Virus record (IMG/VR): IMGVR_UViG_3300027798_000119
Location: 1 to 35,853 of that record
Origin: a virus
Taxonomy: Duplodnaviria; Caudoviricetes
Reading direction: 5' to 3' (one strand)
DNA: 35,853 nucleotides
The translations under genes were made by a program, and so were the position numbers. A model generated the notes under the pieces. It ran no database searches, was not told the origin of the DNA, and saw nothing but the letters and a program-made list of their open reading frames with translations. Each line of letters begins with the position of its first letter. Positions within the stretch are counted from its first letter, which is position 1. Positions 1 to 8,866 of the stretch are shown in pieces.

Positions 1-83
1 TTGATGTCGAGAGAAGTGTCGATCGTTCCATCAGTTACCGTAGTTATTGCCTGACCGTTGTATCTGGTGATTAAATATGACAT
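1..83 (-). CDS. Tail fibre/baseplate-attached fibre paralogue, 5' end only (runs off the left edge)
   Basis: Not in the ORF track. Manual translation from ATG at 83 gives MSYLITRYNGQAITTVTDGTIDTSLDI, closely matching the N-termini of the 880-aa (MSYTINRFNGDQIAVVPDGTINTVTDI) and 548-aa proteins. It is preceded by an AAGGA RBS-like sequence and AATAAATA. Confidence 0.85.
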   Translation of the reverse strand, partial: MSYLITRYNGQAITTVTDGTIDTSLDI

Positions 84-104
84 CTCTATAGTTCCTTGTT
101 TTAG

Positions 105-112
105 TATTTATT
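105..112 (-). promoter_or_regulatory. T4-type late promoter (AATAAATA, TAAATA core)
   Basis: Lies in the short intergenic gap about 20 nt upstream of the ATG at 83. The same octamer occurs in five intergenic gaps and resembles the T4 gp55 late promoter TATAAATA. Confidence 0.75.
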
Positions 113-118
113 CTCTTA

Positions 119-775
119 TTACTGCTGGCTTGCAACCCAAGTGGCCAGTTTAGCTAATCCTTCGTCATCATACCCATACAATTCAGGGTAAAGACTGATC
201 CAGATAGTCGAAAGTTCAGGCACTATTGCTTTGAATCTAAGTGTTGCTCTGCCACGATTTTCTAATTTAAATGTAACTGATGCTCCGTTTGTTACAGATG
301 TTTTGTATTCTGACGAAATTCCGTTGTTTATGCTGATGGGAAACTCAAGTTTGTTCATGTTTTTAATCTGAATTTCAGTAATGTCGGGCCATACTGTTCC
401 ATCCTGGTCCACAATTTTAGGAACTAAGGTAATTAGATTATCAACACCAACAATTGCGCCACGCTTGCCATCAAGATAGGTATTGGGTCCAAAATCAACT
501 AAAACTTTTCTAAGTTTGATAGTGTTTTGTTCTGTCCAAAAAACCAACTGTCCTGGATTAACAATACTTTCAGCAATGTTATCATGCATCTCTTTACTGA
601 TAGTTCCAAGATAATGACTTACAATATACTCATCAGGATGACTCAGTTCAACTATCGGTGCTATTGTACCAAACAAACCAGTAATTAATCTATTCACAGT
701 CGAATACAAGATAGTATATGTTTTATCTTCAGTCCAATCAGTTGTTGTATTTGTGATGCTGTTGTCTGTTGTCAT
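119..775 (-). CDS. Hypothetical protein (218 aa), possibly a fibre accessory or chaperone
   Basis: Full ORF with an ATGA 4-nt overlap with the upstream U32 gene. The C-terminal half looks beta-rich. No family recognised. Confidence 0.75.
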   Translation of the reverse strand: MTTDNSITNTTTDWTEDKTYTILYSTVNRLITGLFGTIAPIVELSHPDEYIVSHYLGTISKEMHDNIAESIVNPGQLVFWTEQNTIKLRKVLVDFGPNTYLDGKRGAIVGVDNLITLVPKIVDQDGTVWPDITEIQIKNMNKLEFPISINNGISSEYKTSVTNGASVTFKLENRGRATLRFKAIVPELSTIWISLYPELYGYDDEGLAKLATWVASQQ

Positions 776-1773
776 GCTATGATCCTTGTTGTCATTTTAT
801 CATATATTTTGTCGCAATGGTTGCACTCTGTTCCGCACACGGTTTTGCAATTGTTAGTCAGTTCATTAAAACCCAATTCAGTTATGTCGTTCACCAAAAT
901 GTTTGTTAAAAACACATCGCCGGTTGTGCTCAATAAATCTCCAAATCTGATATTTCCGCTTTGTTTTTGGTAAGCATCAATGACCCTAAACCATCTGTTG
1001 ATTGGGAAACCTCTGCCCGCAATTTTTATTGTGTCGACTAACCCATCAAATTTAGATATATCGTTTGGCAGTGTGAACGCTGTTTTTAGCCACTCTGCGG
1101 GATTGTTGTTAAAATAACTAATACATCCTAATTTGTTATGCACGTTGTCTGTGATTTCTCTATTGTCTTGGAACTTTATCTGACTTATGATTAAATCATC
1201 CCATTGTTTCCATTTGCAATCCACAATGCAACCTTCGTTCACTAGCATGGTAATTTTAATGCCATGTTGGTTTCCGTAAGTTCTCATTTTTTTAAGAGTA
1301 TCTAGATCCCTGTTTAAACTACGGTCAACAATAATACTGGTAATACCCAAAACTTCATGCATGAAAATAAAATCTTTTAGTGTGCGAACCAAGTTGTTAA
1401 CACTGTTTTTTACTTCCAAGGTAGATTTGTGTATTTGGAAGTCTTTGGTGATGCCAGCTCTCAACAAATATGTGTTGTTTAAAGTCACCATGTCAACATC
1501 TATAGTCTTGACATGCTCAATGAGATCTGGAACTTTTTCGTAAAAGTCATTTGAGTATACGCTGGGATTCACAAGATAATGAAGTTTGATTCCATATTGT
1601 TCTCTTACAGCATATAATTCGTCAAACATTTCTGTTCCGTTATATATGCTTCTTGCACTTCCAAATTTGTTGTCGCTGAAATACACATCTGAGATACTTT
1701 CAGTATCCAAACCTGACAATGCTTCAAGTATGCCTTGTGTGTATGGTATGCTAAATTTATGGGTTGTATACAT
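772..1773 (-). CDS. Peptidase U32 family protein (probable Fe-S enzyme), 333 aa from the likely start MYTTHKF
   Basis: U32-type motifs: GITSIIVDRSLNRDL, MLVNEGCIVDC, DTIKIAGR (cf. SLKIEGR), and a C-terminal CKTVCGTECNHC. Start moved from 1896 to 1773, which gives a 17-nt rather than 140-nt overlap with the fibre gene. Confidence 0.8.
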   Translation of the reverse strand: MYTTHKFSIPYTQGILEALSGLDTESISDVYFSDNKFGSARSIYNGTEMFDELYAVREQYGIKLHYLVNPSVYSNDFYEKVPDLIEHVKTIDVDMVTLNNTYLLRAGITKDFQIHKSTLEVKNSVNNLVRTLKDFIFMHEVLGITSIIVDRSLNRDLDTLKKMRTYGNQHGIKITMLVNEGCIVDCKWKQWDDLIISQIKFQDNREITDNVHNKLGCISYFNNNPAEWLKTAFTLPNDISKFDGLVDTIKIAGRGFPINRWFRVIDAYQKQSGNIRFGDLLSTTGDVFLTNILVNDITELGFNELTNNCKTVCGTECNHCDKIYDKMTTRIIA

Positions 1774-4399
1774 TATTTGTCCTGCTTCCAATTCCGATCC
1801 AATTTGCTGTGATAGTTGTTCCGTGATACCAATGATCAGCACCGACAATGGCCATCTGTATAGTGAACTGCCCATATCGAGCATCATTTCTTTCATAAGC
1901 TAAAGGAAATACAAATACTGACCACTGTTGGGGTGCTAGGCCGTAATATTGAGTTCTAGTGTCATTAATTCTATTAAGGCTTGCGGCAACATTGAGATCG
2001 TAATTTCCTCGCCATGTTAAATCAGCAGGGTTGTTGCTTAGTCCCAAAAATGCACCAAGATCTATAGTGATGGATGCGATGCCAGTGTTGAAAGGACCAT
2101 AATTCAGTTGTACGTCAGTTCTATTGTAAAATGTTGAACTGCTCCAGCCGCCATAACCAGGAACTACAGTAGCGTCAATATATCCAGATGTGTAGCCGCT
2201 ACCTGAACCAGCAGTCATATACATGCTGATATTGCCCACAATAGTTTTTACAATGTTATTTAAATTATTGGTTAACCCACCGATGTTTACGGCTGTTGGA
2301 ATAGATGGTTTATCACTTAAACTGTTGTAACTGCCACTTGTGGCAACTGCGGACAATACTGGACCATTGATAACTCCAGTGCTTGGGTTGTAAGACAATC
2401 CGCCTGAAACACTGATGGCAGATCTTGCTCTGCTGTCAGTATAGTATAAATTAGATCCTTCTGCAACTTGTGCTGTGGAAAAACTGATATTAGATGTACC
2501 GTCAAATGATGTGTTGTTAATTGTTCTAGGAGTAGCTAGTCTAGTTGCTGTGGTAGAATTGCCAGTCACAGCGCCAGTTACATTGCCAATAACATTGCCA
2601 GTTACATTGCCAACAACATTGCCAGTCACGTTACCAATTAAATTGCCTGCAAAATAATTTGTTGCTGTGTGTATAGTACCTGTTGCATTGCCTGCCACAT
2701 TGCCTGCCACATTGCCAGTTACATTGCCAGTTACATTGCCAACAACATTGCCAACAACATTTCCGCTAACGTTGCCAGTATGAAATCCAGCAGTGCTTCC
2801 ACTCACATTACCAGTCACATTACCAATTAAATTGCCTGCAAAATAATTTGTTGCTGTGTGTATTGCACCAGTTGCATTGCCCGCCATATTGCCAACAACA
2901 TTACCAGTTAGATTACCCACTACAGGCCCAGTATGTGTGCCGGCAGTATTACCAGTTAGATTACCCACTACAGGCCCAGTATGTGTGCCGGCAGTATTAC
3001 CAGTCACATTTCCATTTACATTGCCAGTGTGTATTCCAAAAGTATTACCAGTCACATCTCCGGTCACATTGCCCAACACTGCTCCAACATGTTGACCTGA
3101 TGTATTGCCAGATAGATTTCCAGTCACATTGCCCACCACAGGACCAGTATGTGTTCCAACACTGGCGCCTGCTATATTGATATTCCAAGCAGTTGTATTG
3201 TTATCGTTAAAAACAAAATTGGTAGGTTTTCCGTTTACATTATACCATTCAACAAAACTAGCAACATTGGCTAAACTTGCTAAATCAGCTCGGTCAGCTT
3301 GAGTAGCATGATCAGCATCTATTGCACTGTCTGCTTTGCCAATAAATTTGCGGCCTCTGATATCAGCATTGACATCTCTTGCAACAATGGTATTTGATGC
3401 AGATGCTGTGGTGGCTGTGACATATGTTCCACCAAGGCTTAATGAATCTGCTTTTTGTGCTGTGGAATAAACATAACCTGCATATAAATTTTTAAATGCT
3501 AAAACACTGGATCCAAGATCTGTAGTTGAATTTGTACCAGGTAAAATATTGTTGTTTAACAACGTCAATGGTGTGTTTGTTACACTTCCAGTTGTTGTTT
3601 GAAAAGACATGTTACTGCCTGTGATATTTTTAATAGTGGGAATATTTGTTACACTATTAAAAATACTCAGCGTTGATCCAATACTCAATCCAGCATCAAC
3701 AATCTTTACAACAGTGGGGAATTCAGGATTAGATATTGGTGCATAGAAAGCTGGTAAGTTAGTTCCCAGTTGGTCTGCATTAGTTGCAGTGCCGTGGTAT
3801 TTCATGCTAGAATTAACTGTTATACCTTGATAAATTGTTGGAAATCCAGATATAGCAACACTTGGATTAAAATTAGCGTCGTTGCTTACTGCAAAAATAA
3901 TATTACCGTTTGAGTATCCAAATTGTACTGCATGATAGTTGTTTACAGTGTCTTTGACTTTAACACTATGCATTTGTGTTTGACCGTAGCCAAACACGGA
4001 CTCAGGCCCAACTAGAGTGTAACTTGTGCCGTTAAATATTTTTAATTGATCAGTTACTTGGTCATACCACATGTCGCCAGTGGTGACTGTGCTGGGAGTT
4101 GTTTGATTGGTACTTGTTGTAACATTGGTAACTGCTAAGGATTTCCAATTAGTACCATCGTACACATTGATTTTTAACACACCAGTGGTTGCATTATACC
4201 ATAGTTGTCCGTCTAACGGTTTTGTTGGTGGAGATGTTTTGCTAAAATTATCTAATAAGTATACAAAATTTTCATTTTGCTTTTCTCCATAGCCAGCATA
4301 ATTCTTACCAATTAAAGTAATATCGGTCACTGTGTTAATAGTGCCATCAGGCACTACTGCTATTTGATCTCCGTTAAATCTGTTTATGGTGTATGACAT
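1757..4399 (-). CDS. Tail fibre protein (880 aa) with a GNxx tetrapeptide-repeat shaft and a distinct C-terminal putative receptor-binding domain
   Basis: Shared N-terminal domain (LIGKNYAGYG..NENF..LLDNF..P..GQLWY), long GNVT/GTHT repeats, the ATRLATPRTINNTSFDGTSNI fibre motif and an aromatic-rich C-terminus. Confidence 0.85.
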   Translation of the reverse strand: MSYTINRFNGDQIAVVPDGTINTVTDITLIGKNYAGYGEKQNENFVYLLDNFSKTSPPTKPLDGQLWYNATTGVLKINVYDGTNWKSLAVTNVTTSTNQTTPSTVTTGDMWYDQVTDQLKIFNGTSYTLVGPESVFGYGQTQMHSVKVKDTVNNYHAVQFGYSNGNIIFAVSNDANFNPSVAISGFPTIYQGITVNSSMKYHGTATNADQLGTNLPAFYAPISNPEFPTVVKIVDAGLSIGSTLSIFNSVTNIPTIKNITGSNMSFQTTTGSVTNTPLTLLNNNILPGTNSTTDLGSSVLAFKNLYAGYVYSTAQKADSLSLGGTYVTATTASASNTIVARDVNADIRGRKFIGKADSAIDADHATQADRADLASLANVASFVEWYNVNGKPTNFVFNDNNTTAWNINIAGASVGTHTGPVVGNVTGNLSGNTSGQHVGAVLGNVTGDVTGNTFGIHTGNVNGNVTGNTAGTHTGPVVGNLTGNTAGTHTGPVVGNLTGNVVGNMAGNATGAIHTATNYFAGNLIGNVTGNVSGSTAGFHTGNVSGNVVGNVVGNVTGNVTGNVAGNVAGNATGTIHTATNYFAGNLIGNVTGNVVGNVTGNVIGNVTGAVTGNSTTATRLATPRTINNTSFDGTSNISFSTAQVAEGSNLYYTDSRARSAISVSGGLSYNPSTGVINGPVLSAVATSGSYNSLSDKPSIPTAVNIGGLTNNLNNIVKTIVGNISMYMTAGSGSGYTSGYIDATVVPGYGGWSSSTFYNRTDVQLNYGPFNTGIASITIDLGAFLGLSNNPADLTWRGNYDLNVAASLNRINDTRTQYYGLAPQQWSVFVFPLAYERNDARYGQFTIQMAIVGADHWYHGTTITANWIGIGSRTNNVYNP
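2631..2863. repeat. Exact 44-nt direct repeat (2631-2674 and 2820-2863) within the fibre gene
   Basis: ttaccaattaaattgcctgcaaaataatttgttgctgtgtgtat occurs twice, 189 nt (63 codons) apart, and encodes IHTATNYFAGNLIGN. Confidence 0.9.
2900..3004. repeat. Perfect 48-nt tandem duplication (2 copies plus 9 nt)
   Basis: attaccagttagattacccactacaggcccagtatgtgtgccggcagt at 2900-2947 and 2948-2995, encoding TAGTHTGPVVGNLTGN twice. Confidence 0.9.
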
Positions 4400-4421
4400 A
4401 TCGCTCTCTTTTAGTATTCAA

Positions 4422-4429
4422 TATTTATT
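4422..4429 (-). promoter_or_regulatory. T4-type late promoter (AATAAATA)
   Basis: In the 32-nt gap upstream of the 880-aa fibre gene, followed by an AAGAGAG RBS-like sequence. Confidence 0.75.
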
Positions 4430-4431
4430 GC

Positions 4432-6078
4432 TTACAGATTTGCCTGCCAGGTCCATGTGCCTGATTGCAAAGCAAACTGTCTTATCGAAGAATCATCTGT
4501 TACAAAAACTCTAACTATTGAAGTGTTTAAATGTTCGGTACTAGGAAATATTTTAGATAAAAAATCTGCGGCAATTTGTGTATTTGATCTTGCACCAATA
4601 GTTAACGCAATTGCTAATGGGATTGTTTTAACTAAAGTGTCCACATAGTCTTTATTAGTAGCATCAGTAGTGTTAACTGGCGTTGCTAGATTGATAATTG
4701 TTGAGTTGCTAACATTAACAGACCCAGTTCCTTTGGGATCTAGGATAACATCGCCGTTTGGATTAACTACATTAACATAGCTAATAGTATTTCCAGAGAC
4801 ACCAATATTTGATACTTGTAGTGATATCAATGTTCCTATACTGGTCAAGCCTGGCGCAGATATAATACCTGTTCCCAACATGTTATTTGATATTACATCA
4901 AATCCGTTTATTTTAAAAGTTTTTCCGCTGACTAAATTTACATGTTCTGAACTTGTCCAAGAAGCTGTGGAATTTACCCAATTAAATGTTTTGTCAGTAG
5001 TGCCTTTTAAGGTAATGCCACCGCCGTCAGCAGTTGAGTTTGTTGGAGTGGCAATTGACCCCAATTCAATATTTTTATCGTCAATAGTAAGAACCGTAGA
5101 ATTTACAGTAGTGGTTGTTCCTTCAACTGTTAGATCTCCCCTAATACGTGCATTACCGTTAACATCCAAAGTTGATGTCGGAGAATCTGTGTAGATTCCA
5201 AAATTTTGAGTTGATGCATTTATGTATAGCGGATATTGTACTCCGCCGCTGCCAAGAAGTTGTATTTGAAAATTTTGATTGGTGGCATTTGACTTGACTT
5301 TAAACAGTGAAGAAGTAACATTTATTTCTGTGTTGGCATTGGGTCCTAATATCAAAGGTGTAAGATTCTGAATTGACAATGTACCAGTAGATTGAGAACT
5401 GTCAGTTGTTGATACAAACGATTCTGGAGTTTTTAAAGTGCCGTCTGCGGCTATTAAATTTTGAGCTTGCGATGCAGTAACATTAAACGCCATGCCAGAT
5501 AACGAAGTTGCTGTAAAACCAACCTTAATTGTTCCAGAAATTCCAGCTATTGGACTTTTAGGTGTAAATGTATCTTTGCTAAAAATACCCAACAATGTTT
5601 GAGCAACAAACAAATACACAATAGTATGCTGTATGTCGTTTGAATCTAAAATATTCTCAACTGTAAATCCAGTGATGCCTTGATCCGCAGTATACAACGG
5701 TCCTGCTAATATTGTTGTTAGTCCGTCATTAAAATATAATTGTTGACGCACTGGATCAATCCACAAATCTCCAGATGCAATTCCGCTTGGTGCAGTTGAT
5801 GAAACAATTGTGCCACCGCTTACTACAAATTGTGCGCCATTGTAAACTTTAAGACGATTTTCAGTAGTGTCAAACCATAATTGCCCTTTGAGTGGGTAGT
5901 TAGGTTGGGAAGAATTAGAAAAGTTTTCTAACAATTTAACAAAATTATCGTTAATAAAAACTCCGAAACCAGTTGAATTTTTACCTATTAATGTTAAATC
6001 CGTGGATAATTGATCTATTGATCCATCCACTACACTAGTTAACGCCGAGCCGTCTGACTTAGATATTGTATAACTCAT
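4432..6078 (-). CDS. Tail fibre/baseplate-attached structural protein paralogue (548 aa)
   Basis: Same N-terminal domain (LTLIGKNSTGFG..NDNFVKLLENF..GQLWFD). Also carries fibre motifs GDLTVEGTTTTVNST..IDDKNIELG, PTSTLDVNG and NLATPVNTTDATNKDYVD. Confidence 0.85.
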   Translation of the reverse strand: MSYTISKSDGSALTSVVDGSIDQLSTDLTLIGKNSTGFGVFINDNFVKLLENFSNSSQPNYPLKGQLWFDTTENRLKVYNGAQFVVSGGTIVSSTAPSGIASGDLWIDPVRQQLYFNDGLTTILAGPLYTADQGITGFTVENILDSNDIQHTIVYLFVAQTLLGIFSKDTFTPKSPIAGISGTIKVGFTATSLSGMAFNVTASQAQNLIAADGTLKTPESFVSTTDSSQSTGTLSIQNLTPLILGPNANTEINVTSSLFKVKSNATNQNFQIQLLGSGGVQYPLYINASTQNFGIYTDSPTSTLDVNGNARIRGDLTVEGTTTTVNSTVLTIDDKNIELGSIATPTNSTADGGGITLKGTTDKTFNWVNSTASWTSSEHVNLVSGKTFKINGFDVISNNMLGTGIISAPGLTSIGTLISLQVSNIGVSGNTISYVNVVNPNGDVILDPKGTGSVNVSNSTIINLATPVNTTDATNKDYVDTLVKTIPLAIALTIGARSNTQIAADFLSKIFPSTEHLNTSIVRVFVTDDSSIRQFALQSGTWTWQANL

Positions 6079-8234
6079 TATATAACCCCAGTAAAGATAA
6101 TGTAATTAATAGTTTGATATGGATTCATAACACTGACTGGCTGACCCGTTGTGGATGAAATTACACTACCGCTGTTTGGCAATCCTGATCCAGTACTAGA
6201 AGCTGGCAATCCTAATCCTGCAATTGCATTTGGATCCGAACCAGCATTTGGTATTCCGGCAGCATAATATTGAGCACTGGCACTACTAAGATTATGTTTA
6301 TGATCTGGAATGTTTGATACTGAAAGAGTTACTTGTTGAACTCCAGTTCCTGATCCAACTAGATCTGCTGTTACATCCGTTACCCTGTCAGCTGGGCCGC
6401 CGCCTGCATCAACTAAGGTTCCCGACCCGTCTTTGTATGGAACTGTTAAACTATTATCCATGTTGTCACGGCCTAACGGAAATCTTCCTCGTAGATCAGG
6501 AAGTGCAAAAGAACTTTGGCCGTTTAACAGTGATGCCGCTTTGTAAGTGTATCCGATTATTGCAAACAATGTGGGATAAACAGAAATTCGAACTTCACTG
6601 CCATCACATAGTAAGTAACCTGTTGGAACTATAGTTCCTGCAAATGGCATAATAACGCCTGGTGGAACTGTGGCCACATGATTAAGTAATGTTTGCTTAG
6701 TCATGTTTAACAATCCAGTACCAGGTCTAAATACTAAAAATTCATCTGTTAAATTAGAATCAGTTGCTGAGGGTTTGTTGGTAATTAAGTTTGAACTAAT
6801 TGTGGTTGAAAATACCGCAGTACCGTTTGCACTTTGGCCATCAAAACTAACAATATTACTTAGAACGTCACCCACCATACTAAATGCTGTTGGGCTAGAT
6901 AATTTAGCGGCAGAGCCGTTTACACTACCTGCGAGTGATCCAGTAAAGGAACCATTAAATGTTCCTACAAAGTTTTGAGCATATATATTTCTAAATTTTC
7001 TTGTAGCACTGCCAATGTCGTATAACCCATCTGCTGAGTCTGAGCCTGGCAACATAATTGCTCCGGCACTGGGATTGCCACTGATTAAATTATTAACTAA
7101 AATATTTCCGTAAGCAGAAACTGTTCCGCCAAAATTGGAATTCAAAGCAACCGACAGGCCACCTCTTGTCTTAATACTTCCAGTTACACTGCTCCAAACA
7201 GTTGTTGGAGTGTACACAGAATTTGTTGTTCCTGTAACATCTAAGCCTGTACTTACTGTAATTAAGCCAGAAACATCTAGAGTAGAAACAGGAGACGTGT
7301 TGTTTGGACCAATTCCCACTTTGCCGGTTGCATCTAGATAGATAACTGATTGAGTTACTCCGTTGTTGTTCAAACTAAAATTGATACTGTTACCACTATT
7401 TTTAGAATAAAATACAGTGGAGTTGCCACTAGTTCCTATGTTAAAACTTAAATCACTACCAACGCTGATGCCGCCGTTTGATCGAACACTTAGCGGAAAA
7501 TTAGTAACACTAGATGCATCAGATCTTAAAAAATTTGCAGAAGAAATTACATTAGTTCCAATTAGTAATCCATCTGCTGATGTTGCTGTTCCGTGAAATC
7601 TTGATAAATTTCCAGTTGTTGTATTATCAATCTGACTTAAATTTACACCCTGATTTATTGTTGTGAATCCTTGAATTGATAACTTAGGTGTGAATGTATC
7701 TTTGCTAATGATTGAGATAGGATAACTTGTTCCAGATGGTGCGGTGGATGCATACAAACTAATTACGCTGTGTGTAATATTGTTGGTGTCTATGATACTT
7801 TCAACCACAGGGCCGGTTAACGATCCTTGTGCAAACTGTGGACCTACTAACAACCAGTTAGATCCTGAAAACAAGTATAACTGACTATTTGCAGTGTCTA
7901 CCCACAAATCCCCTTGCAAACTATTAGCAACTGCTGGGGCACTTGATGCTTTTTTCAACGATCCTGAATTATTCCAAATTGTGCCATCGTATACTTTAAG
8001 TGTGCTTACACTTGTGTCGTACCATAGTTGTCCTTGTACAGGATTATTAGGTGCTGTGCTGTTTGCAAAATTTTCTAGTAAATGTAAAAAATCATTAGCA
8101 ATAATAGAACCATAACCTGCATAGTTACGTCCCACAAACGTCAAACTAGTTTGGTTATTAAGACTTTGATCTTGAACAGTTAATGGTTGTTTTGCAGGAT
8201 TATTTGATTCTGTAAAAGTAACTTGATAAGTCAT
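6078..8234 (-). CDS. Tail fibre with a phage tail-collar domain (short-tail-fibre/gp12-like), 718 aa
   Basis: Shared N-terminal domain. C-terminal collar signature PPGVIMPFAG..PTGYLLCDG..YPTLFAIIG..FALPDLRGRFPLG, an HKH motif and terminal MNPYQTINYII. Confidence 0.9.
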   Translation of the reverse strand: MTYQVTFTESNNPAKQPLTVQDQSLNNQTSLTFVGRNYAGYGSIIANDFLHLLENFANSTAPNNPVQGQLWYDTSVSTLKVYDGTIWNNSGSLKKASSAPAVANSLQGDLWVDTANSQLYLFSGSNWLLVGPQFAQGSLTGPVVESIIDTNNITHSVISLYASTAPSGTSYPISIISKDTFTPKLSIQGFTTINQGVNLSQIDNTTTGNLSRFHGTATSADGLLIGTNVISSANFLRSDASSVTNFPLSVRSNGGISVGSDLSFNIGTSGNSTVFYSKNSGNSINFSLNNNGVTQSVIYLDATGKVGIGPNNTSPVSTLDVSGLITVSTGLDVTGTTNSVYTPTTVWSSVTGSIKTRGGLSVALNSNFGGTVSAYGNILVNNLISGNPSAGAIMLPGSDSADGLYDIGSATRKFRNIYAQNFVGTFNGSFTGSLAGSVNGSAAKLSSPTAFSMVGDVLSNIVSFDGQSANGTAVFSTTISSNLITNKPSATDSNLTDEFLVFRPGTGLLNMTKQTLLNHVATVPPGVIMPFAGTIVPTGYLLCDGSEVRISVYPTLFAIIGYTYKAASLLNGQSSFALPDLRGRFPLGRDNMDNSLTVPYKDGSGTLVDAGGGPADRVTDVTADLVGSGTGVQQVTLSVSNIPDHKHNLSSASAQYYAAGIPNAGSDPNAIAGLGLPASSTGSGLPNSGSVISSTTGQPVSVMNPYQTINYIIFTGVI

Positions 8235-8237
8235 TGT

Positions 8238-8846
8238 TTACACTCCTACCAAACCGGTTAGGCTCTGTATACGCACTGTGTAATCTATTTGAATTAAACG
8301 ATTTAAACTTTTTAACACAGGATGAAAAATCACATGTGTTAACAACAGTGTTGATCCGTCTGATTTATAACTTTGTAAACCAAGTTCATCAAATACAAAA
8401 GTACTTTCGGTGTTGGTTGCAGTATCAAATGCACTTTGTCCGCTGGGCTCGCCGTAATCTAAAAGACAAGTGACAAATATATCAGTATAATTAGTACCAG
8501 TTACGTGACGACTTTCAATGAAATTTCTTGTTGGATCAGTGTTTGTACTTGAGTTGTTGTTCACGACTTTAGCATACGTTTGATTATAAAGGCTGGCATT
8601 TGTACCACTGCTGTTTGGTGTTAGATAAGTGATAATCCCTGTTGGATCAATAGCTGTTCCGCCATTACCAAATGCCATTTTATAGATAAAGCCCTGGCCA
8701 CTGTTAGCCATACTTTCTGCTAGGGCAATACTGATATTTTCGTAGTGAATTGCATTGCGTTTATCAATATAAACTTCAGCGGAAACAGGGTCATAAATCT
8801 TAATATGACCTTCTATATGAATTCCAGTTGCGTCTTTAGTCTGCAT
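8238..8846 (-). CDS. Virion structural protein (202 aa), probable baseplate/fibre attachment protein
   Basis: Sits ahead of the fibre cluster behind a late promoter. Its MAFGNGG...FDELGL...IDYTVRI pattern resembles tail-fibre attachment (DUF3751-like) domains; the family call is tentative. Confidence 0.65.
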   Translation of the reverse strand: MQTKDATGIHIEGHIKIYDPVSAEVYIDKRNAIHYENISIALAESMANSGQGFIYKMAFGNGGTAIDPTGIITYLTPNSSGTNASLYNQTYAKVVNNNSSTNTDPTRNFIESRHVTGTNYTDIFVTCLLDYGEPSGQSAFDTATNTESTFVFDELGLQSYKSDGSTLLLTHVIFHPVLKSLNRLIQIDYTVRIQSLTGLVGV

Positions 8847-8866
8847 ATCAATCTCTCTTTATCATG

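Noticed and set aside
1774-1896. Longer N-terminus of the U32 ORF (start 1896), implying a 140-nt dual-coding overlap
   Set aside because: The extension does not look like part of the domain, and an ATG at 1773 gives a typical short coupled overlap. An incidental open frame is more likely.
2631-2863. Repeat pair in a fibre gene as a possible DGR template/variable repeat
   Set aside because: The copies are identical, in frame and mid-shaft, with no adenine-specific mismatches, and there is no reverse transcriptase in the window.
2555-3165. Collagen-like fibre as substrate for a U32 collagenase
   Set aside because: The Gly periodicity is 4, not 3; there is no Gly-X-Y tract.
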